A stretch of DNA of 64,000 bases from Hydrurus foetidus (taxonomy: Eukaryota): the NCBI GenBank assembly GCA_900617105.1, contig UYFQ01000001.1, positions 1,488,001 through 1,552,000 of the forward strand, written 5' to 3'. A program made the translations under genes and the position numbers. The notes under the pieces were generated by a model that searched no databases, was not told the DNA's origin, and worked only from the letters and a program-made list of their open reading frames with translations. This document shows, in pieces, positions 51,736 to 64,000 of this stretch (positions are counted from its first letter, which is position 1; each line of letters opens with the position of its first letter).

Positions 51736-52482
51736 CTAAGCCGCCTTGGCTGGGAATTTCTTCAGGCCCAAGCCGACCAAAAACGTTTCAGATGACCCTG
51801 GCCGCGAAGCCTTGGGTTTAAAGCGTTTAACGGCAGTAAAGGTGTCTTTAAACAGCTTGACCATCGGGTCGTAAGCGCCGCCATGAAACAGCTTGACGAC
51901 CAGCGCGCCGTCGGTTTTGAGGTGCTGAACTGAAAAATCAACCGCCAGCTCCACCAGGTCGCTGATGCGCGCGGCGTCTGCTGATTCAATGCCCGACAAG
52001 TTGGGCGCCATGTCTGACATTACCAGGTCAAGCTTTTGACCGTTGGCGCCTGACGCCCCGCCTGCGGTTAAAGCTTGCTCTACAAGTTGCAGCACCTCAA
52101 GCTCACGAAAGTCGCCTTGAATAAACACTACGCCTTCAATCGGCTCCATTGGCAGCAAGTCAAGCGCCACAATTTGGCCGTTTAACGCGCCTGCAGCCGC
52201 GCCCTGCGGCGACATTTTGCGGCGGGCATATTGGCTCCACGCGCCGGGTGTGCTGCCGAGGTCCACCACCAAACTGCCGGGTTTGATCAGCCCGAGGTTT
52301 TCGTCAATTTCTTTGAGCTTGTAGGCGGCACGGGCGCGGTAGCCTTCGCGCTGCGCCAGCTTTACAAAGGGGTCGTTGATGTGGTCGTGCAGCCACGCTT
52401 TATTGACCTTGCTGCCGCGCTTGGCGCTGTCGGCGTCGGTTTTTTTGACTTTTTCCGTGCTTTGCCGGGGATTTGATTTCAT
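51736..52482 (-). CDS. rlmE: 23S rRNA Um2552 methyltransferase
   Basis: [36 protein letters not shown]. Confidence 0.95.
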   Translation of the reverse strand: MKSNPRQSTEKVKKTDADSAKRGSKVNKAWLHDHINDPFVKLAQREGYRARAAYKLKEIDENLGLIKPGSLVVDLGSTPGAWSQYARRKMSPQGAAAGALNGQIVALDLLPMEPIEGVVFIQGDFRELEVLQLVEQALTAGGASGANGQKLDLVMSDMAPNLSGIESADAARISDLVELAVDFSVQHLKTDGALVVKLFHGGAYDPMVKLFKDTFTAVKRFKPKASRPGSSETFLVGLGLKKFPAKAA

Positions 52483-52525
52483 CTGGCAATTGTCCACCCT
52501 GGCGTGGGTCGCCGATAATCCCCCG

Positions 52526-53002
52526 ATGCCCCAAATAATATTGACCCCTTCCCAACGCAAAGACCACCGCTCCGAGGCGCACCACTTGAACGCTGTCGTC
52601 ATGATTGGCTCTGGCGGCTTGACCCCCGCTGTTCAAAAAGAAGTTGACGCCGCGCTCAATGCCCACGGCCTGATTAAGGTGCGTGCGCAAGTTGAAGACC
52701 GCGCCGCCCGCGAAGCGATTTTTCAGCAGCTTTCCACTGAATTGAACGCGGCCCCCATCCAACACATTGGCAAGCTGCTGGTGCTGTGGCGGCCCATGCC
52801 TGAAAAAGAAAAAAAGGTCAGCGATGACCGCATGGCGGGCCCGCGCGAAATCAAGGTGCTGAAAAACAGTTCTCGCTACGGCCAGCGGCCTGAAGTCAAG
52901 GTGCTGCGCGTGCTGGGCAACCAGCGCCTCACGCCGGGCGGCACGGTTAAACGAGCTAAAAAGCCGTTGCTTAAGAGTTTGAAGAAGCGTTCACAAGATT
53001 AG
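52526..53002 (+). CDS. yhbY: YhbY/CRM-domain RNA-binding protein
   Basis: [30 protein letters not shown]; divergent from rlmE. Confidence 0.9.
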   Translation: MPQIILTPSQRKDHRSEAHHLNAVVMIGSGGLTPAVQKEVDAALNAHGLIKVRAQVEDRAAREAIFQQLSTELNAAPIQHIGKLLVLWRPMPEKEKKVSDDRMAGPREIKVLKNSSRYGQRPEVKVLRVLGNQRLTPGGTVKRAKKPLLKSLKKRSQD

Positions 53003-53036
53003 TTTGAAATATTCCGGGTCGCCCGCAGGTAAAAGC

Positions 53037-55079
53037 ATGACTTCTACAAATCCCCTCTTAGATTTTTCTGACACCCCGCTGTTTGACCGCATTCAGCCCG
53101 ATCACGTTAGCCCGGCCATGGATGTATTGATGGCCGAGTCGCAAGCTGCGCTAGACAAAGTAACGGCGCAAGACTTTCCCGCCGACTGGCGCAAAATTTC
53201 GGCCGAGCTAGACGTAGCGGGCGAACGGCTGGGCCGGGCTTGGGGCGCGGTGAGTCACTTAAACGCCGTTGCCGACACGTCCGAAATGCGCGCCGCCTAC
53301 AACGCCGCCCTGCCCGCCATCACTGAATTTTCAGCCCGGCTGGCGGCTGATGAACGCTTGTATGCCAAATACAAATCCATTGACATTGCCACACTAAACG
53401 TTGAGCAGAAGCAGGCCCATAAAAACGCTTTGCGCAGCTTTGTGCTGTCGGGCGCTGAGCTGGTTGGCGACGCCAAAGCGCGCTTTGCCAAAATTCAGGA
53501 ACGCCAGGCCGAACTGAGCCAAAAATTCAGCGAAAACGCACTCGATGCTACCGATGCATTCGCCTACTACGCTACTGAAAGTAAACTTGCAGGCGTCCCT
53601 GCTGACGTGATTGACGCCGCGCGCGAGCTGGCCAAAACCGAAGGCAAAGACGGCTACAAACTCACCCTGAAAATGCCCTGCTATCTGCCCGTGATGCAAT
53701 TTGCCACCAGCAGTGGCCTGCGCGAAGTTTTGTATCGCGCTTACACCACGCGAGCCAGCGACCAGGCCCCGGCTGAGTTCAGCCAATTTGACAACAGCGC
53801 CATCATTCAAGAAATTTTGGCGCTGCGCCTTGAAGAGTCAAAACTGCTGGGCTATAACAATTTTGGTGAAGTCTCGGTCGTGACCAAAATGGCCAAATCG
53901 CCAGACGAAGTCATCACCTTTTTGCGTGATTTGGCCAAGCGTGCCCGCCCTTTTGCTGAACAAGACGTGGCGGATTTGCGGGCATTTGCAGCTGAAAGTT
54001 TAAGCATTAAAGACCCACAACCCTGGGACTTTTCGTACATCGCTGAAAAGCTAAAAGAAGCGCGCTACGCCTTCAGCGAGCAAGAAGTCAAACAATACTT
54101 CACCGCACCCAAAGTGCTGGCAGGCTTGTTCAAAATTATTGAAACGTTGTTTGAAGTAGCGATTAGCAAAGATTCAGCCCCCGTGTGGAAGCCCGGCGTT
54201 GAGTTTTTCAGAATCGAACGGGCTGGCAAGCTGATTGGCCAGTTTTATTTAGACCAGCCCGCCCGCACCGGCAAGCGCGGCGGCGCGTGGATGGACGACG
54301 TGCGCGCCCGCTGGTTGCGCCCTGACACGGGCGCGCTGCAAACACCCATTGCGCATTTGGTGTGTAACTTTGCCAGCGGTGTGGGCGGCAAGCCAGCGCT
54401 GCTTACGCACGACGACGTGACCACGCTGTTTCATGAGTTTGGCCACGGCCTGCACCACCTCTTGAGCCAAATCAATGAGCGTGATGTGTCGGGCATCAGC
54501 GGCGTGGAATGGGACGCGGTGGAGCTGCCCAGCCAGTTTATGGAAAATTTTTGCTGGGAATGGGATGTGCTTAAACACATGACGGCGCATGTTGATACTG
54601 GCGAGCCATTGCCACGCGCGTTGTTCGACAAAATGCTGGCCGCCAAAAACTTCCAGGCTGGTATGCAAACGCTGCGCCAGGTTGAGTTTTCGTTGTTCGA
54701 CATGCTGCTGCACACAGCCCACAACCCCACCAGCGATGTGATGGCGCTGCTCAATGAAGTGCGAAAAGAAGTGGCCGTGGTGCAGTCGCCTGCCTATAGC
54801 CGCACAGCGCACACCTTTAGCCATATTTTTGCCGGCGGTTACGCTGCCGGTTACTACAGCTACAAGTGGGCTGAAGTGCTGTCGGCCGATGCTTATGCCG
54901 CGTTTGAAGAGGCGCTGGAGCAAGGCGTGCCGCAAATCGACGTTGGCAGAAAATACCGCGAAGCGATTTTGGAAGCAGGCGGCAGCCGCCCGGCAATGGC
55001 GTCGTTTAAAGCTTTCAGGGGCCGCGAGCCGACTATTGATGCGCTGCTGCGTCATCAGGGCATGGCCCAGGCGCGTTAA
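53037..55079 (+). CDS. prlC: Oligopeptidase A (M3 family)
   Basis: NPLL, GKRGGAWM, FHEFGHGLH, WDAVELPSQ, GYAAGYYSYKWAE. Confidence 0.95.
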   Translation: MTSTNPLLDFSDTPLFDRIQPDHVSPAMDVLMAESQAALDKVTAQDFPADWRKISAELDVAGERLGRAWGAVSHLNAVADTSEMRAAYNAALPAITEFSARLAADERLYAKYKSIDIATLNVEQKQAHKNALRSFVLSGAELVGDAKARFAKIQERQAELSQKFSENALDATDAFAYYATESKLAGVPADVIDAARELAKTEGKDGYKLTLKMPCYLPVMQFATSSGLREVLYRAYTTRASDQAPAEFSQFDNSAIIQEILALRLEESKLLGYNNFGEVSVVTKMAKSPDEVITFLRDLAKRARPFAEQDVADLRAFAAESLSIKDPQPWDFSYIAEKLKEARYAFSEQEVKQYFTAPKVLAGLFKIIETLFEVAISKDSAPVWKPGVEFFRIERAGKLIGQFYLDQPARTGKRGGAWMDDVRARWLRPDTGALQTPIAHLVCNFASGVGGKPALLTHDDVTTLFHEFGHGLHHLLSQINERDVSGISGVEWDAVELPSQFMENFCWEWDVLKHMTAHVDTGEPLPRALFDKMLAAKNFQAGMQTLRQVEFSLFDMLLHTAHNPTSDVMALLNEVRKEVAVVQSPAYSRTAHTFSHIFAGGYAAGYYSYKWAEVLSADAYAAFEEALEQGVPQIDVGRKYREAILEAGGSRPAMASFKAFRGREPTIDALLRHQGMAQAR

Positions 55080-55137
55080 GCTTTCATCTTGTTCGTGTAC
55101 CTACTGATGTCTGTGCTTGCATTTTGGAGAAAACACA

Positions 55138-55779
55138 ATGTTGAAAAAACCAACGCTATGTAAATTAATAGCGGCTTGCGCCCTGATTACTTGGGCCGCA
55201 GCCTCATTCGCCCAGCCTGTGTACCGCATTGTGGGGCCAGACGGCAAGGTTTCATTTTCAGACAAGCCGCCGGTTGAGCCGGTTGCCAAAGCGGCACCGG
55301 GCAGAGCAGCTGGCGGCGGCGCTACAGGTGGCACATCCGCCAGCGCGCTGCCGTTTGAAATGCGCCAAGTGGCCAGCAAATTCCCGGTCACGCTGTACAC
55401 CGGCGACAACTGCAGCCCATGCCAGTCAGCGCGCAGCATGTTGATTACGCGAGGCGTGCCTTTTACCGAAAAAACCGTCAACACCAACGAAGACTCGCAA
55501 GCACTGCAACGTTTAAGCGGCGACAACTCGCTGCCGTTTGGCACGATAGGTGGGCAGCAGCTAAAGGGTTATTCAGACGCCGAGTGGACGCAATACTTAA
55601 CCGCGGCGGGCTACCCCACCGCGTCAACATTGCCCGCCAGCTACCGCCAGCCCGCTGCTACGCCAATGGTTGCCGTTGCAGCAGCGCCTGCCAAGCCTGC
55701 TGCTGCACAAGCACCAGCCGCCGTAGCGCCTCCACCCACAACCATCACGCCGGCCAGTCCGTCTGGTATTCGGTTCTAG
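55138..55779 (+). CDS. Secreted DUF4124 + glutaredoxin-like protein
   Basis: Signal peptide, VYRIVGPDGKVSFSDKPP, LYT..NCSPC. Confidence 0.85.
   Translation: MLKKPTLCKLIAACALITWAAASFAQPVYRIVGPDGKVSFSDKPPVEPVAKAAPGRAAGGGATGGTSASALPFEMRQVASKFPVTLYTGDNCSPCQSARSMLITRGVPFTEKTVNTNEDSQALQRLSGDNSLPFGTIGGQQLKGYSDAEWTQYLTAAGYPTASTLPASYRQPAATPMVAVAAAPAKPAAAQAPAAVAPPPTTITPASPSGIRF
55155..55208 (-). repeat. Dispersed repeat encoding the signal peptide of the glutaredoxin-like protein
   Basis: Reverse complement CGGCCC-N11-GCGC-AAG-CCGCT-N10-ATAGC. Confidence 0.7.
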
Positions 55780-55805
55780 GCTGATTTGCCCCTGAATTCC
55801 TGCAG

Positions 55806-56477
55806 CTAAAACTGCAAGGTTTTAACGCCAGCACTGGTCGCCAACAGGCACACGCTGGCCTTTTGAAACGCAAACACGCCGACCGTGACCACGCCCGGCC
55901 AATTGTTGACCATCGCTTCAAACGCCAGCGGTTCGGCAATCTTCAACCCCGTCACATCCAAAATATGCTGGCCGTTGTCCGTGACCAACGGCGCGCCCGC
56001 CTTCATTCGCAAACTAGCCGAGCCACCCAGGGCTGCAAACTGCCGCGCAATACGCTTGGCCGCCATCGGAATGACTTCCACCGGCAGCGGAAAAGCACCA
56101 AGCGCGTTGACCAGTTTTGACTCGTCAGCAATACACACAAATTGCCTGGCTTGCGCCGCCACAATTTTCTCGCGCGTGAGGGCCGCGCCGCCGCCCTTGA
56201 TCATGTAGCCCGCGTGGTCAATCTCGTCTGCGCCGTCGATGTACACCGCCAGCTCGTCAACCTCCGTTGCATCAAAAACCGTAATGCCGAGCGCTTGCAA
56301 GCGTTCAGTAGACGCAACCGAGCTGGACACCGCGCCTTTAATTTGGCTTTTCATGGTGCCCAGCGCATCAATGAACTTGTTGACGGTGGAGCCTGTGCCC
56401 ACGCCCACAACGCTGCCGGGTTGCACATAGGCCAGCGCGGCTTGGCCGACCAGGGTTTTAAGTTCGTCTTGAGTCAT
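55806..56477 (-). CDS. rpiA: Ribose-5-phosphate isomerase A
   Basis: [24 protein letters not shown]. Confidence 0.97.
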   Translation of the reverse strand: MTQDELKTLVGQAALAYVQPGSVVGVGTGSTVNKFIDALGTMKSQIKGAVSSSVASTERLQALGITVFDATEVDELAVYIDGADEIDHAGYMIKGGGAALTREKIVAAQARQFVCIADESKLVNALGAFPLPVEVIPMAAKRIARQFAALGGSASLRMKAGAPLVTDNGQHILDVTGLKIAEPLAFEAMVNNWPGVVTVGVFAFQKASVCLLATSAGVKTLQF

Positions 56478-56550
56478 GGTGGGGATAATTAAAACTGGAA
56501 TTGAGTTTGCGACAATAACGCAAGTTGAAATACACAAAGCAAATTATCCA

Positions 56551-57606
56551 ATGGCATTGATCCCTTACGCGCTGACCCGCCCCTTTTTATTCAGCCTCGA
56601 CCCCGAAACCGCCCACGAGCTGACCATGGCCAGCCTCGCGCGTACGCAGGGCACGCCCTTGTCGCTGGCGTATTGCGGCACGCGGGTAGACGACCCGATT
56701 GAATTGGCTGGCTTGCGGTTTGCCAACCGCGTGGGCCTGGCCGCTGGTCTCGATAAAAACGCGCACTGCATTGACGGCCTGGCCGGTATGGGCTTTGGCT
56801 TTGTAGAAGTGGGCACGGTAACGCCCAAGGCGCAAAGCGGCAACCCCAAGCCGCGCATGTTTCGCTTACCCGAGGCGAATGCGCTGATTAACCGGCTGGG
56901 TTTTAACAACGACGGGCTGGATGCATTTGTTGCAAATGTGCAGAAGTCAAAAGTCAGGCAAAGTAAAGTAAAAAACCCGTTAATACTGGGCTTGAACATC
57001 GGCAAAAACGCCACCACGCCGATTGAAAACGCGGTCGATGATTATTTGATTTGCCTGAACGGCGTGTACCCGCATGCTGACTACGTGACGGTCAATATTT
57101 CTAGCCCCAACACCAAAAACCTGCGCGCGCTGCAAAGCGATGAAGCCCTTGACGCGCTGCTGAGCGCCATTTCCAAGCGGCGGGGCAAACTAGACAAACA
57201 GCACGGCAAGCGCGTGCCGATCTTCGTCAAAATCGCGCCGGATTTAGACGCAGCGCAAGTCGAGGTGATTGCCGCCACTTTAAAGCGCCACGAAATGGAC
57301 GGCGTGGTGGCCACCAACACCACGTTGGCCCGCGACGCCGTAAAGGGCATGCGCCATGCTGAAGAAGCTGGCGGGCTGAGTGGCGGGCCCGTACTTAGAG
57401 CAAGCAACCTCGTTATCAGCCAGCTTCGGGCAGCGTTGGGCAAGAGCTTTCCCATCATTGGCGTAGGCGGCATCATGAGCGGTGCAGACGCGGTGTCAAA
57501 AATCACCGCTGGGGCAGATGTAGTGCAAATCTACACTGGGTTGATCTACAAAGGCCCCGAGCTGGTTTCGCAGGCTGCAAAGGCCATAAAAGCATGCGCC
57601 AAGTGA
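56551..57606 (+). CDS. pyrD: Dihydroorotate dehydrogenase (quinone)
   Basis: [36 protein letters not shown]. Confidence 0.97.
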   Translation: MALIPYALTRPFLFSLDPETAHELTMASLARTQGTPLSLAYCGTRVDDPIELAGLRFANRVGLAAGLDKNAHCIDGLAGMGFGFVEVGTVTPKAQSGNPKPRMFRLPEANALINRLGFNNDGLDAFVANVQKSKVRQSKVKNPLILGLNIGKNATTPIENAVDDYLICLNGVYPHADYVTVNISSPNTKNLRALQSDEALDALLSAISKRRGKLDKQHGKRVPIFVKIAPDLDAAQVEVIAATLKRHEMDGVVATNTTLARDAVKGMRHAEEAGGLSGGPVLRASNLVISQLRAALGKSFPIIGVGGIMSGADAVSKITAGADVVQIYTGLIYKGPELVSQAAKAIKACAK

Positions 57607-57619
57607 TTAATTCAGCATT

Positions 57620-57673
57620 AAACCGCAGTCTAGCCCAATAAATACGGGCGCGAGTAGCTCTTTAATTTATAGC
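57620..57673 (+). repeat. Dispersed ~55-bp repeat, intergenic
   Basis: TAGCCC-AATAAATACGG-GCGC-GAG-TAGCT-N9-ATAGC; near-identical to the 62243 copy. Confidence 0.85.
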
Positions 57674-57779
57674 GCTTATTGGTTCCGCCAGACTGGATTA
57701 AGCGCCGCCACAGCGTCCACAGCAGGTACGATTTGAGTGCCTGCTTTCAATTCTGGCCGCTACTGCCGATGCAACCGTC

Positions 57780-62196
<4,417 letters not shown>

Positions 62197-62242
62197 GCGT
62201 CCCATGCATCAAAAAGGCATAAAAAATGCTGTTTTCAGGCAT

Positions 62243-62297
62243 AAAAACAGCCTGTAGCCCAATAAAAACGGGCGCGAGCAGCTTCTTTATTAATAGC
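62243..62297 (+). repeat. Dispersed ~55-bp repeat, intergenic
   Basis: TAGCCC-AATAAAAACGG-GCGC-GAG-CAGCT-N9-ATAGC. Confidence 0.85.
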
Positions 62298-62322
62298 AAT
62301 TAACAGCCACGATTAACTACAC

Positions 62323-63207
62323 CTACAACTGCCGCAGGTCGGTCTTCAGCAGCAAGCCCACCAGCGATTGCAAGTGAACTTTCAGCGGCTCAAAACCCGG
62401 CAATATTTCAAGCGTTTCCTCGTTCATGTACAGCTTGCGGTTGATCTCCAGCTGCACGCTGTGGCGATGCCCTGCCGGGTTGCTGTAGCGGCGCACCAGC
62501 TCTACGCCTTTGTACGGGTGGTTGTAGGCCACGCTGTAACCCAAGCTGCGCAAGTGACCGCAGATCAGCTGCGACAGCGCCGGGTGGGCGGTGGTGCCGT
62601 CGCGGTCGCCCACTACAAAGTCAGCGTGCTTTTCGCCGGGGAAATCAGTTGCCTTGCTAGACGCCACCGCCGGCATGGAGTGGCAGTTGATGTGAATGCT
62701 GTAACCGTGCTGGGCGTGCGCCAAGTCAATGCTGGCGGCCACCGCCGCGTGATACGGCTGCCAGCAATGGGCGATGCGCGCCTGCACTTCAGCCACGGCC
62801 AATTTGCGGCTGTAAATGGGCGAGCCGTCATCTAATGTGCGCCAAATCAGGCCTTTGCCCAGGCGCACTTTTGACATGACGGCAGCGTCAGTTTCAATTG
62901 GTCCGAGCCACGCGCCATCAAGCAATGATTCATCCATTTCGGTGATGTTGCGGTTAGCGTCCAGGTAGCTGCGCGGAAACATCGCCTCTACCCAATGCAC
63001 TTTCATGCCGGGCGCAAAGTCGTAGAGTTTTTCAACATGCGTGTCTTCAGCGCGGCGCAGCACCACACCGTCGCAACTGAAGGCAAAGTCGGCCGGGTAA
63101 AGCGTACCGCTGTGCGGGGAGTCCAGCACCAGTGCGCTGGTGCCAGCCACTGCATACACTTGCTCATGCGTCGCTGTTGAATTGACCGAGTTGCCCATCC
63201 CGCTCAT
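62323..63207 (-). CDS. N-formylglutamate amidohydrolase family protein
   Basis: LDSPHSG, EDTHV, PRSYLDANR, WQPYH, NCHSM, N.PYKG, QLEINR.LY; start position uncertain. Confidence 0.88.
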   Translation of the reverse strand: MSGMGNSVNSTATHEQVYAVAGTSALVLDSPHSGTLYPADFAFSCDGVVLRRAEDTHVEKLYDFAPGMKVHWVEAMFPRSYLDANRNITEMDESLLDGAWLGPIETDAAVMSKVRLGKGLIWRTLDDGSPIYSRKLAVAEVQARIAHCWQPYHAAVAASIDLAHAQHGYSIHINCHSMPAVASSKATDFPGEKHADFVVGDRDGTTAHPALSQLICGHLRSLGYSVAYNHPYKGVELVRRYSNPAGHRHSVQLEINRKLYMNEETLEILPGFEPLKVHLQSLVGLLLKTDLRQL

Positions 63208-63282
63208 TGTGCCCCGTGAAGCGGTGGCCCCTTTTCGTTCGCAGCGGATCTTGTTCACACGCATTTTTAGTATGCCAGTGCG

Positions 63283-63558
63283 GTGCATGAGGTGAGCGGC
63301 ATCAACACGCTGGCGGGGCCGCAACTTGATCAATTTCACAGCGTAATTTGTGCCTTCATGGCCGGCATGGGTGTTGCGCTGGTGCCGCATTGCCTGGCCA
63401 AAGACGACATTGCGGCGGGCAACGTGTGCACCCCGCTGGCCATGGGTGACGGTGGGGATTATTTGAGCGACAAAGGCTATTACCTTTGCTACCCAGACGC
63501 GCGCCGCCATGCGCAAAGCCTGGTGTACTTTCGTGACTGGTTGCTGGCCGCTGTGTAG
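63283..63558 (+). pseudogene. C-terminal remnant of a GcvA-like LysR regulator
   Basis: GPQLDQF.....AGMGVALVP..L...I..G...YYLCYP......FRDWL; no helix-turn-helix region upstream. Confidence 0.7.
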
Positions 63559-63740
63559 CCCTAACTGTGGCGCCGCCTACACGCAAACTTACCGTTTTAA
63601 GCGCTTCATTACGCGCATAGTCCTACGCCTGTGCCCAGTGCGTGCCTACCGCGCTAAACGCTCGTCAAACCTACAGTCGATTCATCTTGCCGCAACGCGC
63701 GGGAAGTTATTTATCTGTTGAATCAACTGAAGGACTAACT

Positions 63741-64000
63741 GTGAAAAAACTCGTTTCCCGCACCCCACTTCGTACCAGCGGTTTTGGCAAATTGGCCAAC
63801 CTTTCAATAATGCTTGCAACCACGGCCTTTGCAGCCGTTGCCATGGCGCAAACCAGCGGCACCACCAACAGCACGTCTAACACTTCTGCATCAAGCGGCT
63901 ACAGCATGATGGCGCCCGGCGCGACTTACATTGGCTTGAACGCCGGTCAATCGAAATTTCGCAACAGCAGCGGTTTTGGCGGATTCGCCTCAGACAGCAA
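63741..64000 (+). CDS. Outer-membrane beta-barrel protein, 5' part only
   Basis: GTG start with AAGGA RBS, signal peptide ending AVAMA, then YIGLNAGQSKF strand. Confidence 0.65.
   Translation, partial: MKKLVSRTPLRTSGFGKLANLSIMLATTAFAAVAMAQTSGTTNSTSNTSASSGYSMMAPGATYIGLNAGQSKFRNSSGFGGFASDS

Overview
Betaproteobacterial chromosome segment; gene content and synteny suggest Comamonadaceae (Rhodoferax/Polaromonas-like), which is an inference. Bases 1-~4030 are one end of an integrative element. It carries a tyrosine integrase, an ankyrin protein and two hypotheticals, and appears inserted in the 5' end of mutS, supplying mutS with a new promoter and N-terminus. Next come mutS, a YncD/PqqU-like TonB receptor, a sigma54-driven aldehyde dehydrogenase, a VapBC-like toxin-antitoxin pair, addAB, trxA-rho-rpmE, and a ~17.6 kb phosphate cluster (phoBR, phoU, pstSCAB, ppx, EAL/GGDEF protein, histone-like protein, sixA, ppk1, olsB/plcP/glycosyltransferase) with five Pho-box arrays. 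An ars operon follows, containing an uncharacterised Cys-rich ATP-grasp ligase and a deleted arsA relic, then two pentapeptide-repeat genes and housekeeping genes (glmM, folP, ftsH, rlmE, prlC, rpiA, pyrD, fadH). A dispersed ~55-bp palindromic repeat occurs about 13 times, mostly in frame inside protein-coding genes. Several essential genes have multiple frameshifts, most likely consensus sequencing errors. All calls come from manual motif recognition; no database searches were run.
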